DNA from: Reclinomonas americana ATCC 50394
Taxonomy: Eukaryota
DNA: 64,000 nt
NCBI GenBank assembly: GCA_048213135.1
Contig: PS015010.1
Span: 1,240,001 to 1,304,000 of the forward strand
Direction of reading: 5' to 3'
Position numbers and translations under genes: made by a program. Shown here in pieces: positions 28,503 through 38,521 of this stretch (position 1 is its first letter; each line of letters opens with the position of its first letter). Under the pieces are notes generated by a model, which saw only the letters and a list, made by a program, of their open reading frames with translations, was not told the DNA's origin and made no database searches.

Positions 28503-28534
28503 AAAAAAACTGCCCCTGCTGGACAGGGACAGTT
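28503..28534 (-). terminator. Terminator after infC
   Basis: aaaaaaactgcccctg-ctgga-cagggacagtt. Confidence 0.65.
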
Positions 28535-28551
28535 CTATAAGTTGTTTACTA

Positions 28552-29175
28552 CTATTGTTCTTTAGCGATCAGTTTACCCAGGATCTCAGAAGAAGATTTC
28601 TTTTTCTGGGCAGCCTTGGGTGCAAACATCACCAGCATGCGCTTGCCTTCCATCTTGGGCATCCCTTCCAGGGCGCCGAAGTCTTTCAGGCGGTCGGCGA
28701 ATTTCAGCAGCAGCAGTTCACCGCGTTCCTTGAACATGATGGCACGTCCTTTAAACTGAACGTGTGCTTTTACTTTATCGCCTTCCTGCAGGAATTTTTC
28801 CGCGTGTTTTACTTTGAATTCGAAATCGTGATCATCCGTATTGGGTGTAAAGCGAATCTCCTTCACCTCGCTGGTTTTGGATTTCGCTTTCATTTCTTTC
28901 TTCTTCTTTTTCTCCTCGTACAGGAATTTGTTATAGTCAATGATCCTGCACACCGGCGGATTGGCACCCGGAGAGATTTCTACCAGGTCGAGTTCCTGTG
29001 ACTGGGCGATCTTCATCGCTTCCTGTGTGGCGTAAACGCCCGGCGTTACATTATCACCTACCAGGCGCACTTCAGGTACCCTGATCATATGATTGGTACG
29101 GTGTTCCTGTTGTTGTTCTTTTCTGAATCGGGGGTTGAAACCGCCCCTGTTGTTTTGTTTTGGAGGAAATGCCAT
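28552..29175 (-). CDS. infC: Translation initiation factor IF-3
   Basis: IRVPEVRLVG, LDLVEISP...PPVCRIIDY, KEIRFTP, GDKVK. Confidence 0.97.
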   Translation of the reverse strand: MAFPPKQNNRGGFNPRFRKEQQQEHRTNHMIRVPEVRLVGDNVTPGVYATQEAMKIAQSQELDLVEISPGANPPVCRIIDYNKFLYEEKKKKKEMKAKSKTSEVKEIRFTPNTDDHDFEFKVKHAEKFLQEGDKVKAHVQFKGRAIMFKERGELLLLKFADRLKDFGALEGMPKMEGKRMLVMFAPKAAQKKKSSSEILGKLIAKEQ

Positions 29176-29223
29176 TTACAAATTTTAGTTTACAATGTTG
29201 TTGTGTTATTCAATAAGGGTAGA

Positions 29224-31170
29224 TTACTCGCCTTTTCTTTCGCTGATCTCGGCCTTTACTTCGGCTATGAATTCTCCGATATCCCTTGCACCCAGATCGC
29301 CTTTGCCCTGCCTTCTTACAGAGGCCTTGTTCTCGTTCATCTCTTTCTCTCCCACGACCAGCATATAAGGAACCCTGGCCAGTTCGGTATCGCGGATTTT
29401 TTTGCCGATCTTCTCCTGCCGGTCATCAATCTCTGCACGAATATCTGATTTTTTTAATGATTGCAAAAGAGTATTTGCATAATCCATGAATTTGTCGCTG
29501 ATCGGCAATATTTTCACCTGCAAAGGCGCCAGCCATACGGGGAATTTACCCGCGTAATGCTCCAGCAGGAACCCGATAAAACGTTCATGGGTACCCAGCG
29601 GTGCCCGGTGAATGATCAGCGGTGTTTCAGGACTATTGTCTTTATTGGTGAACGACAGTTTGAACTTGAGACCCGAGTTGAAGTCCACCTGGTTGGTGGC
29701 GAGGGTAAATTCCTTACCGATCGCACTCCATATCTGCACATCAATTTTGGGACCATAAAAAGCGGCTTCATCCTGTACTTCCACGAAAGGTGTACCGGTA
29801 TCGATCAGTACTTTACGCACCATGTCTTCGGTCTCCTTCCATAATTCAGGTTCATTCACATATTTCTGTCCCAGTTTTTCGGGGTTGTGCAGCGACAGGC
29901 GCATCACGTATTTATCTACACCGAATATTTTGAAATATTTGATGTACATATCGTTCACGGCCTTGAACTCGGCGAAGAACTGTTCCCTGTTGCAATAGAT
30001 GTGCGCATCGTTCATGTGCAGGCAACGCACCCGCATCAGGCCAAACAATTCGCCGCTTTGCTCATAACGGTAGCAGGTGCCATATTCGGCAATGCGGTAA
30101 GGCAGTTCTTTATAGCTTTTGGGCTCCGCATCAAATATTTTGTGGTGATGGGGGCAGTTCATCGCTTTCAGGTAATATTTCTCGCCATCCATTTCCATGG
30201 GCGGGAACATACTGTCGGCGTAATACGGCAGGTGACCACTGGTGAGGTACATGCTTTCTTTAGCGATGTGGGGAGTTACCACACGCTTATACCCCGCGTC
30301 GGATTCCGTTTCTTTGGCCAGTTTTTCCAGTTCTTCGATGATAACCGTTCCGTTGGGCAACCACAGCGGGAGGCCCTGGCCCACGTCATCATCCATGGTA
30401 AAGATGCCCAGTTCCTTGCCCAGTTTGCGGTGATCCCTTTTTTTCGCCTCTTCCAAAAGGGCGAGGTATTCATCCAGTTCTTTCTGGCTGGGGAAAGTCA
30501 CGCCATATACACGGGTAAGCTGTTTGTTCTTTTCATCGCCTTTCCAGTAAGCACCGGCAATACTGGTAAGCTTAATGGCTTTGATGAAACCGGTATTAGG
30601 GATATGCGGACCGCGGCACAGATCGGTGAAACCACCCTGGGTGTAGAGCGTGATACCGCCGTCTTCCAGGTTCTGGAGCAGGTCAAGTTTGTACTCATCT
30701 CCTTTATCGGTGAAATACTGTACCGCATCGGCTTTGGATATTTCCTTACGCTGGTAAGGATTAGCCTGTTTGGCCAGCTCGTTCATTTTCTTTTCCAGTT
30801 CAACCAGGTCTTCGTCAGACATTTTCCTGTCACCCAGGTCCATATCATAATAAAAACCTTTTTGCAGGCCATTGTCGATAGCAGGACCTACCCAGAATTT
30901 TACACCGGGGTACAGGCTCTCCACCGCCTCAGCCATAAGGTGGGCGCTGGAATGCCAGAAAGTAGCTTTGCCATCTGTATTATCCCAGGTGAGCAGCGTA
31001 ACCGTTGCATCTTCATTGATGGGACGCGTGACATCCCATACTTCGCCGTTAATGCTGGCAACCAGCACTTTCCTGGCCAGTCCTTCACTGATGGACTTGG
31101 CAACTTCCAATGCAGAGATACCTTTCTCGTACTCTCTTACGGAACCGTCGGGTAATGTGATCCTGATCAT
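29224..31170 (-). CDS. thrS: Threonine--tRNA ligase
   Basis: TGS domain, HSSAHL, DLCRGPH, RDHRKLG, MNCPHH, AFYGPKID, HRAPLGTHERF. Confidence 0.98.
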   Translation of the reverse strand: MIRITLPDGSVREYEKGISALEVAKSISEGLARKVLVASINGEVWDVTRPINEDATVTLLTWDNTDGKATFWHSSAHLMAEAVESLYPGVKFWVGPAIDNGLQKGFYYDMDLGDRKMSDEDLVELEKKMNELAKQANPYQRKEISKADAVQYFTDKGDEYKLDLLQNLEDGGITLYTQGGFTDLCRGPHIPNTGFIKAIKLTSIAGAYWKGDEKNKQLTRVYGVTFPSQKELDEYLALLEEAKKRDHRKLGKELGIFTMDDDVGQGLPLWLPNGTVIIEELEKLAKETESDAGYKRVVTPHIAKESMYLTSGHLPYYADSMFPPMEMDGEKYYLKAMNCPHHHKIFDAEPKSYKELPYRIAEYGTCYRYEQSGELFGLMRVRCLHMNDAHIYCNREQFFAEFKAVNDMYIKYFKIFGVDKYVMRLSLHNPEKLGQKYVNEPELWKETEDMVRKVLIDTGTPFVEVQDEAAFYGPKIDVQIWSAIGKEFTLATNQVDFNSGLKFKLSFTNKDNSPETPLIIHRAPLGTHERFIGFLLEHYAGKFPVWLAPLQVKILPISDKFMDYANTLLQSLKKSDIRAEIDDRQEKIGKKIRDTELARVPYMLVVGEKEMNENKASVRRQGKGDLGARDIGEFIAEVKAEISERKGE

Positions 31171-31295
31171 AATATTCTACTGAACTTCCTTGAAATAAGA
31201 TTGCAAATTTAACGAAGTATTAGTGAATGTGCGTATTCAAACTCTTTCTTTCGCTATCTATTCTGCATAATTTTGTAAAGATTAATTTTGTTGAT

Positions 31296-32471
31296 ATGAA
31301 GTATACTTTACCCTTGTTTGTTTTATTGTCGTTTTCCGTTGCTTTGAAGGCCCAGGATTTCACCGGTCAGTGGAAGGGTTCTTTTATCGATAAAAGTACC
31401 AAGTTCCTGAGCTGGGGCGGTGATCAGTGCGATTATGTACTGGAACTGGAAACAAAGGGTAATACTGTAAGCGGTTACTCCTACACTTATTTTTCTGACG
31501 GCGGAAAAAAATACTATACCATTTGCCGGCTCACCGGCACCATTAACAGGGCCGATAAAACAGTGGAAGTAAGGGAAGTGGAAAGAACAAAGACCAATGT
31601 TCCCAGCAATATCCGCAACTGTTTCCAGGTACATAAGCTTACTTATTTCAAGCAGGGTGATTCACAAACCCTCGAAGGCGAATGGGTGCCCGCCCCCAAC
31701 CAGGAAGGCGATTGCGGTTATGGCAGCACCATCCTTACCAGGCGTGTGTTGCAAAGGAATACGGCCCTGGCCAAAGCCACCGTTCCGGTAAAAAAGACCA
31801 CAACTTCAACTCCCGTGACAAAACCTGTGGTAAAGAATACCGTTCCTTCACGCCAGAGTACCACACCTGCCAGGCAGCCTGTGGTAAAGAATACGGTTAA
31901 AACGCCGCCTCCTGTGGTGTTCAGAAATCCCAGCCCGGCAAAAACACAACCCGTTGCGAAAAACACGGTTAAAACGCCTCCCCCTCCTGCTGTAAAGGAA
32001 AATCCCGTAACTATTGTACCTCCTTCCGAAACCAATGTGGTGAAAGATAAAGGCGTGGTGGTGATTGACAGGGCTGATGACGATCCGAAAAGGAATACCC
32101 TTGGCGGTGTTTTTGAAAAAAGGACCAATACCCTGCTGAAGACCATTAATATAGAAAATGAGACCTTTAAGGTTGACCTGTATGATAATGGTGATATTGA
32201 TGGCGACAGCATTTCCCTCTTTTTTAACGGCAAATTGCTGCTGGCCCACAAAAGGCTTAGTGACAAAGCCCTTAGCCTGACCCTAGACGTGGACAATGAA
32301 CGGGAAGTAAATGAACTGATCATGTATGCCGACAACCTGGGTTCCATACCACCCAATACCGCCTTAATGGTGATCACAGATGGCAACAAACGCTACGAAG
32401 CCCGCATTTCATCCGACCTGGAAAAAAGCGGCGTTATCAGGTTTGTACATAAGCCGAAAGGGACACAATAA
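31296..32471 (+). CDS. Secreted two-domain hypothetical protein with Pro/Thr/Lys-rich repetitive linker
   Basis: Signal peptide MKYTLP...ALKAQ; TAATTTTG box at 31268-31275; C-terminal YDNGDIDGDSISL...NLGSIPPNTA. Confidence 0.8.
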   Translation: MKYTLPLFVLLSFSVALKAQDFTGQWKGSFIDKSTKFLSWGGDQCDYVLELETKGNTVSGYSYTYFSDGGKKYYTICRLTGTINRADKTVEVREVERTKTNVPSNIRNCFQVHKLTYFKQGDSQTLEGEWVPAPNQEGDCGYGSTILTRRVLQRNTALAKATVPVKKTTTSTPVTKPVVKNTVPSRQSTTPARQPVVKNTVKTPPPVVFRNPSPAKTQPVAKNTVKTPPPPAVKENPVTIVPPSETNVVKDKGVVVIDRADDDPKRNTLGGVFEKRTNTLLKTINIENETFKVDLYDNGDIDGDSISLFFNGKLLLAHKRLSDKALSLTLDVDNEREVNELIMYADNLGSIPPNTALMVITDGNKRYEARISSDLEKSGVIRFVHKPKGTQ

Positions 32472-32514
32472 ATTGGTACTTGCCACGTTATAAGGGCAAA
32501 CCAATATCATTGTG

Positions 32515-32964
32515 ATGAAAACTATACTCCCGGTCACTGCATTGCTGGCCACACTGGCATTAGGCTTCAGCCTGGTTTCCTGCTCTAAAGACGAAGACGC
32601 ATTACCTCCAAAAGAACAATTGATTGTTGGTGAATGGAAGATCCATACCATTCAGCAGAAAGTATATATGGGCAGCACACTTATAAAAGACACCATCTGG
32701 AAAAGAAATCCCCGCCCGGTGAACATTGCGGTTTTTGGAGAAAGCGGCGGCAGTTTCGAATTCAAATACAATAACTCCGGTTCGGAAACCGGCAGCTACA
32801 ACTGGAAAGGTTCTGACTCTCTTATTTGTGATGTTACCGGTAAAAGCTATCGCTGGAAATTATTGACTATCACAAGAGAATTACTAACTACCTCAAATAA
32901 AACAACAAATGATCCGGCCTACCCCGGCACTACGGTTAATACCTATTACACCTTTATCCGGTAG
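32515..32964 (+). CDS. Lipoprotein, lipocalin-like
   Basis: Lipobox LVSC, LIVGEWK motif. Confidence 0.7.
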   Translation: MKTILPVTALLATLALGFSLVSCSKDEDALPPKEQLIVGEWKIHTIQQKVYMGSTLIKDTIWKRNPRPVNIAVFGESGGSFEFKYNNSGSETGSYNWKGSDSLICDVTGKSYRWKLLTITRELLTTSNKTTNDPAYPGTTVNTYYTFIR

Positions 32965-32996
32965 TTATTAAAAAGTACTAAACCCTCAAATGAATA

Positions 32997-33032
32997 GAGA
33001 ACGTCCCGCTTGTAACGGGACGTTCTCATTTT
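32997..33032. terminator. Bidirectional terminator
   Basis: gagaacgtcccg/cgggacgttctc 12-bp stem between convergent genes. Confidence 0.75.
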
Positions 33033-33049
33033 ATCCTTTCAGATGATCT

Positions 33050-35407
33050 TTAAAACTTCACATTCCAGGTAACGGCAGGAATAATGGGGAACAGCGACAC
33101 CTGTTTGGCCTGTATCTTAAGCGTGCCGTTGTAGGGGCTGCCCGACTGGTCGAAATAGATGAAATAAGGATTTTTACGGCTATAGGCATTGTATACACTG
33201 AACACCCATTCGCTTTTCCACTTGCGGCGGGCATTCTTTTTGGGCGTCAGGATGGCCGACAGATCGAGGCGGTGATAGGAAGGCAGGCGGTATTCGTTGA
33301 TCTTGCTGTACTCCTGGGTAAGTACCCCGTTCACGATATAAAAACGCTGTGGCAGCGTGGCGGCATTACCTGAGCCAAAGACAAAGGCTCCGGACAGGCG
33401 CCATTTCTTGCTCAGTTCATACACAGCCACAATACTCAGGTCATTTCGCCGGTCATACTTGGCCGGGTATTTCTTTCCATCATTCAGATCATCGAATTTG
33501 CGCCAGGTCCAGCTGAGGGTATAACCAATCCAGCCAGTCAGTTTGCCCCGGGCTTTATTCACATAGAATTCGGCCCCGTAGCTCCAGCCTTTACCAAATA
33601 CAAAGGAGTTTTCCGTATCCTCCAGCGAGGTGGGTGCATACCCTTCCTTATATTCGATCTGGTTATTCATATGTTTGTAATAAACTTCAACAGATGTTTC
33701 ATACATATTGTCTTTGAAGTTTTTAAATAATCCGGCGGCGTATAACCAGCTAATCTGTGGGCGGACTTTATAGGTGCTCGGCACCCATATATCGGTAGGT
33801 AACGTAGTGCCGGCATTGCTTACCAGGTGGATGTACTGGAGGTTGCGGGTAACCGAGGCTTTTACTGAAGTCTGGTCATCCAGGGCATACCGGATCGTCA
33901 GCCGGGGTTCAAAACCGCTGTGCGACTTCACCCCCTTCCCTTTGCCAAATACCGTACTGTCGAGGCGGTTACCGTCGGCGTCGGTCTCATATATAGTATA
34001 AGGTCCCACCTGCTGAAACCAGCTGTAGCGGATACCGGCGTTGATCTTCAGTTTTTCGGTCAGTTCCCAGTCGTCCTGTATATAAAGCCCCAGGTCGTGA
34101 GCGTGCTTCACCTGGGCATTGTTGGGCTCAAATACGGTGGAGTCCTGTTTGCCACTTACGACAGATGGCGTGAACCGGTGGTAAGTGTAAATACCGCCAA
34201 ATTTCACCTTGTGTTTCGGGGAGGGGAACCAGTCGAAATCCTGCTTCAGGCTCACATCTCTTATTCCTGATTTTAGCTTGATTTCGAAGTCATTCTGCGC
34301 AGCATTGAAAGTAAAATTATAATCATTATATACGGCAGTAGTGTTGCCGAAAAGACGTTTATTGAACACATGGTTCCACCTGAGGGTGCCGGTACTGTTG
34401 CCCCAGGGAATATTGATAAGAAGGCTTTGCTTGCCATTCGCAAAGTCAAATACATCACGGCCGAAGTAACCGCTCAGGTACAGCCTGTCCTTTTCAGAAA
34501 AACGATAGTTGATCTTGGCATTAAGGTCGTAGAAATAGTAGCCGCTTCCAGAGAACTGGCTCCCTTTCTTAATAAAAGGCTTCGCAATCACGTCAATATA
34601 AGTCCGCCTGCCGGAAACGATGAACGACGCCTTGTTCTTTTTGATAGGCCCCTGTATCGACAGCCGTGAAGCGATCAGTCCCAGCCCGGCATCTACCTGG
34701 AATTTCTGGTTATTGCCTTCTTTCATCGATACATCCAGCACACTGGAAAGGCGACCGCCATACTGCGCAGGCATCCCTCCTTTTATAAGCGACACATTTT
34801 TAATGGCATCGGCATTGAATATGGAGAAGAAGCCAAACAGGTGACCGGTATTGTACACCGGGGCATCGTCGAGCAGGATCAGGTTCTGGTCGGGCCCGCC
34901 ACCGCGTACATACAACCCTGAGCTGCCCTCTCCCGCATTGCGCACGCCCGGGAGGAATTGGATGGTCTTTAAAAGATCCACTTCGCCCAGGAAAGCGGGA
35001 ATTGATTTTATCCTTTCAATGGGCAGGGTGATTTTGCCCATCTGGGCATCTTTTACGTTGGCATCCCGCTTACGGGAGGTTACCACCACTTCCTGTGACA
35101 AGTCAACCCGGGGCAGCATCTCAAAATTAACCTGCTGGTCTTTGCTAAGGTCTACTTCAATGGCCCTGGGCCGGTAACCGATATAGGAGCAGACGAAAAT
35201 ATAGGTACCCTCATCGAGGGTAATGGAATAGAACCCGTACTGGTTACTGTTGATGCCTTTGGACTGACCATTGATGCTCACCGTAGCACCAATGAGGGTT
35301 TCCCCGTTGAGCGAGTCCCGGATATAGCCGCTGAGCGTCACTTTTTTCTGCGCCATCAGCCACACCGGGGCCAGGCATACCAGCAACACAGCGATCAGTT
35401 TTTTCAT
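33050..35407 (-). CDS. TonB-dependent receptor
   Basis: LPGV, VRGGGPDQNLILLD, KGGMPAQYGGRLSSVLD, C-terminal Phe. Confidence 0.93.
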   Translation of the reverse strand: MKKLIAVLLVCLAPVWLMAQKKVTLSGYIRDSLNGETLIGATVSINGQSKGINSNQYGFYSITLDEGTYIFVCSYIGYRPRAIEVDLSKDQQVNFEMLPRVDLSQEVVVTSRKRDANVKDAQMGKITLPIERIKSIPAFLGEVDLLKTIQFLPGVRNAGEGSSGLYVRGGGPDQNLILLDDAPVYNTGHLFGFFSIFNADAIKNVSLIKGGMPAQYGGRLSSVLDVSMKEGNNQKFQVDAGLGLIASRLSIQGPIKKNKASFIVSGRRTYIDVIAKPFIKKGSQFSGSGYYFYDLNAKINYRFSEKDRLYLSGYFGRDVFDFANGKQSLLINIPWGNSTGTLRWNHVFNKRLFGNTTAVYNDYNFTFNAAQNDFEIKLKSGIRDVSLKQDFDWFPSPKHKVKFGGIYTYHRFTPSVVSGKQDSTVFEPNNAQVKHAHDLGLYIQDDWELTEKLKINAGIRYSWFQQVGPYTIYETDADGNRLDSTVFGKGKGVKSHSGFEPRLTIRYALDDQTSVKASVTRNLQYIHLVSNAGTTLPTDIWVPSTYKVRPQISWLYAAGLFKNFKDNMYETSVEVYYKHMNNQIEYKEGYAPTSLEDTENSFVFGKGWSYGAEFYVNKARGKLTGWIGYTLSWTWRKFDDLNDGKKYPAKYDRRNDLSIVAVYELSKKWRLSGAFVFGSGNAATLPQRFYIVNGVLTQEYSKINEYRLPSYHRLDLSAILTPKKNARRKWKSEWVFSVYNAYSRKNPYFIYFDQSGSPYNGTLKIQAKQVSLFPIIPAVTWNVKF

Positions 35408-35450
35408 GGTCAGTTTTACTTATCCGGCCGGAATGTACTCCGGCAATGAA

Positions 35451-36065
35451 TTATTGCGCTTTAATCGTATCCTTGGTTTCACCGCAATGCAGCATGGTAC
35501 CCTTGTATTCAGGGTGGTTTTTGCCCAGGTAAGGGTTAATGATCTCTTCCTTGTTGCTGATCCAGTTGGCGCCATTGTCGTCGCCAAAAGCCATCGGGCA
35601 GTTCTGCCAGTACAGCTTCTCCCCCTCATAGTTGATGGTATGCAGGAAGGAGTACAGTTGTTCATTCACCTGGCGGTAATCCATCCGCATTTCCTTGATA
35701 TCCGCCTGTTTGAGCAGGCTGGCGGCATTGGACTTAATATCCTGCAGCGCCGGGCTGGCCGTTTCAAAGATCCCGGCTGTATCTTTTTTCAGTTCGATAA
35801 GGGGTATACTGTCGAGCAGGGCCATAAAATTCCGGCAGGCAGATTTGGCTTTTGCAGTATCGCCATCCACGAAACCGGCGCTCATATCAAAATAAGCATT
35901 CATGGCAATGGTAATACTGCGGTTGAAGCTGTCGGAGTGCTTTTTCAGCGTAATGGGTTGTTGTTTGGGACCACTGTTGTGCGACCCGGCGTTGCTGAAC
36001 TTATACCAGTAAAAACCAACAACGGCGAGCACCAGCAGTAGTAAACCAAGCAATATCTTCTTCAT
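35451..36065 (-). CDS. DUF3347-like (metal-transport-associated) protein
   Basis: CPMAF...GANWIS...INPYLG...MLHCG. Confidence 0.8.
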   Translation of the reverse strand: MKKILLGLLLLVLAVVGFYWYKFSNAGSHNSGPKQQPITLKKHSDSFNRSITIAMNAYFDMSAGFVDGDTAKAKSACRNFMALLDSIPLIELKKDTAGIFETASPALQDIKSNAASLLKQADIKEMRMDYRQVNEQLYSFLHTINYEGEKLYWQNCPMAFGDDNGANWISNKEEIINPYLGKNHPEYKGTMLHCGETKDTIKAQ

Positions 36066-36223
36066 GGATGATTATTTTTTTTTACAAATCTAGCTACTCG
36101 CAGCCAACCAACCGCTCCGGCAGTGGAAATTCTGTATTGTTCCGGGGTATTTACGTGTTAACTTTTATAACGGTTCACTTCCTTCATCTTAATAAAGGCC
36201 GATAATCGTATTTTTGCGGCCTT

Positions 36224-38191
36224 ATGTTACTAGGATTACAGAATGTTACTTTCGAATTTGGCGCACGGACGATTGTTGCCGACGCTACCTGGCATATTCA
36301 GCCCAACGAACGCATTGGTCTTATCGGGTATAACGGTACCGGCAAATCAACGATATTAAAAGTACTCACCGGCCAGTACTCTCCCAGCAAGGGTACAGTT
36401 GAGAAAGGCAGGGAAACCACTATTGGCTTCCTGCACCAGGACCTGCTGAGTTTTGATACCAATGAATCCATCTTCCAGGTGGCGCTCAATGCCTTTGGCC
36501 GTGTACTGGAAGTAGAAAAGGAAATTGAACGCGTGGGAAAAGAGCTGGAGCAAACCGGCGATGAACAACTGGCGCACCAGTATGCCGATCTCCTGCACGA
36601 ACTGGAAGTGCTTGACGGTTATAATATCCACCACAAAACAGAAGAGATACTGCAGGGGCTGGGTTTTGCCAATGCCGACCTGCAGAAACCTTATAAACAA
36701 TTCAGTGGTGGCTGGCGTATGCGGGTGTTGCTGGCCAAGATGATCCTTATGCACCCCGACGTACTCCTGCTCGATGAACCGACGAACCACCTTGACCTGC
36801 CCAGTATTGAATGGCTGGAAAAATACCTGCAGCATTACCAGGGCGCCGTGGTGATCGTAAGCCACGACCGTTATTTCCTGGACCGCATGGTAACCAAAAT
36901 TGTAGAGGTATACCAGCAGGAGCTGCACTTCTATACCGGCAATTATACTTTTTACCAGGCAGAGAAAGCCCAGCGCATCGATATACAGCAGAAAGCATAC
37001 GAAAACCAACAGGACTTCATACGCCAGCAGGAACGCGTTGTAGAACGGTTTAAAGCGAAAGCCAGCAAAGCCGCCATGGCGCAGAGCATCATCAAACGGC
37101 TCGACAAACTGGAAAGGATTGAGAGCGTGGAGCTGGAACGTCCCAATATCAAGATCAATTTCAGGATCGATAAACAACCCGGCCGCATACTGTGTACGTT
37201 GAAAGATATCGGCAAACGTTTCGGCGAAATGACGATACTTGAAAATGCCTCGTCGGAGATCAGCCGCGGTGATAAGATCGCCCTGATTGGTGCCAATGGT
37301 AAGGGTAAGTCTACCCTGCTGCGCATCATTGCCGATACCGAACCCTTCACCGGTGAAAGGATCGGCGGGCATAATGTAGAAACCTCTTTCTATGCCCAGC
37401 ACCAGCTGGAAGCGCTTGGCCTGGAGAATAACCTGGTGGAAGAAATGCAGGCAGCCCGCAGCGGCAAGAACGACCTGGAATTACGAACGCTGCTGGGATG
37501 TTTCCTTTTCGGCGGCGATGAAGTGGAGAAAAAGATCAAAGTACTGAGCGGTGGTGAGAAGGCACGTGTGGCACTGGCCAAGACCATTGTCAGCAAGGCC
37601 AACTTCCTCCTGCTTGATGAACCTACCAACCACCTGGATATGCACTCGGTTGAACTGCTGATTGAAGCACTCAACAAGTACGAAGGCAGTTTTGTACTGG
37701 TAAGTCACGATCGTTATTTCATCAGCCAGACAGCCAACAAAATATGGGAGATCGTTGATCATTCCATCGTTGAATTCAAAGGCACTTACGCGGAATGGGA
37801 AGAGTGGAAAGCAAGAAGAGAGGCCGCGGCAAAAGCATCGGCACCTGTACCTGTAACGGCAAAAACGATCGTTGCGGAGAAGAAGGAAGTGCCTCTTGAA
37901 AAAAAGCAACCTGAGCCTGTGGCCGAAGCCAAAAACCAGGCCATTGATAAGGAACAGAAAAAAGCCATCCAGAAACAACGTAACCGTTTTCAGCAACTGG
38001 AAACCCTTATTGCAGAGTTACAGGCAAAGAAAACCCAACTTGAAGCAGACCTGGCCTCACCGGATGTATTCAGTGATAAAACAAAATTCCAGGCTACCGA
38101 ATCCGCCTATTCAAAGCTGCAGGCTGATCTCACTGAAGCCAATAAAGAATATGAAGAAGTATTTGAGAAATTGATGGAACTGGAAGGCTAA
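36224..38191 (+). CDS. ABC-F family ATPase (ribosome-associated) with C-terminal coiled coil
   Basis: Two NBDs (GYNGTGKS, FSGGW, DEPTNHLD; GANGKGKS, LSGGE); no TM segments. Confidence 0.95.
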   Translation: MLLGLQNVTFEFGARTIVADATWHIQPNERIGLIGYNGTGKSTILKVLTGQYSPSKGTVEKGRETTIGFLHQDLLSFDTNESIFQVALNAFGRVLEVEKEIERVGKELEQTGDEQLAHQYADLLHELEVLDGYNIHHKTEEILQGLGFANADLQKPYKQFSGGWRMRVLLAKMILMHPDVLLLDEPTNHLDLPSIEWLEKYLQHYQGAVVIVSHDRYFLDRMVTKIVEVYQQELHFYTGNYTFYQAEKAQRIDIQQKAYENQQDFIRQQERVVERFKAKASKAAMAQSIIKRLDKLERIESVELERPNIKINFRIDKQPGRILCTLKDIGKRFGEMTILENASSEISRGDKIALIGANGKGKSTLLRIIADTEPFTGERIGGHNVETSFYAQHQLEALGLENNLVEEMQAARSGKNDLELRTLLGCFLFGGDEVEKKIKVLSGGEKARVALAKTIVSKANFLLLDEPTNHLDMHSVELLIEALNKYEGSFVLVSHDRYFISQTANKIWEIVDHSIVEFKGTYAEWEEWKARREAAAKASAPVPVTAKTIVAEKKEVPLEKKQPEPVAEAKNQAIDKEQKKAIQKQRNRFQQLETLIAELQAKKTQLEADLASPDVFSDKTKFQATESAYSKLQADLTEANKEYEEVFEKLMELEG

Positions 38192-38223
38192 TGTCAGTTT
38201 GATTATAAGATCTTTTGATAATG

Positions 38224-38253
38224 AAAGACCCCGCAAAAGCCGGGGTCTTTTTT
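38224..38253 (+). terminator. Terminator of the ABC-F gene
   Basis: aaagaccccg...cggggtcttttttt. Confidence 0.75.
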
Positions 38254-38330
38254 ATTGAAGCCCTTTGATCACAGATATCCCAATTGTGAATGGTGCAGGT
38301 CAAATCTATGAGTTATATACAATAAAAAGC

Positions 38331-38476
38331 GCGACGACGTACGTTACGTTACGTTAGTTACGTTACGTTAACTTAACGTTAACGTTAATTATTACGTTAC
38401 GTACTTACTTACCTTACCTTACCTTCGTTACTTCGTCGTCGTCGTCGTCGTACGTTNNNNNNNNNNNNNNNNNNNN
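38331..38476. other. Low-complexity TACG-like sequence plus 20-N scaffold gap (probable artefact)
   Basis: acgtt/tacg/gtc runs abutting Ns at 38457-38476. Confidence 0.85.
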
Positions 38477-38521
38477 GCCCCGGATAAACCGGGGCTTTTT
38501 ATTGTATAGTTAATCAAACTA

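Noticed and set aside
29887..31155. 422-aa plus-strand ORF opposite thrS, and similar long antisense ORFs opposite lepA, the Kir channel, ABC-F, AraC, the IPT lipoprotein and GH130
   Set aside because: In-register antisense shadows of well-supported genes, with no recognisable motifs.
38331..38456. Apparent microsatellite or CRISPR-like repetitive tract
   Set aside because: No constant repeat-spacer structure; it abuts the N gap and interrupts a hairpin, so an artefact is the better explanation.
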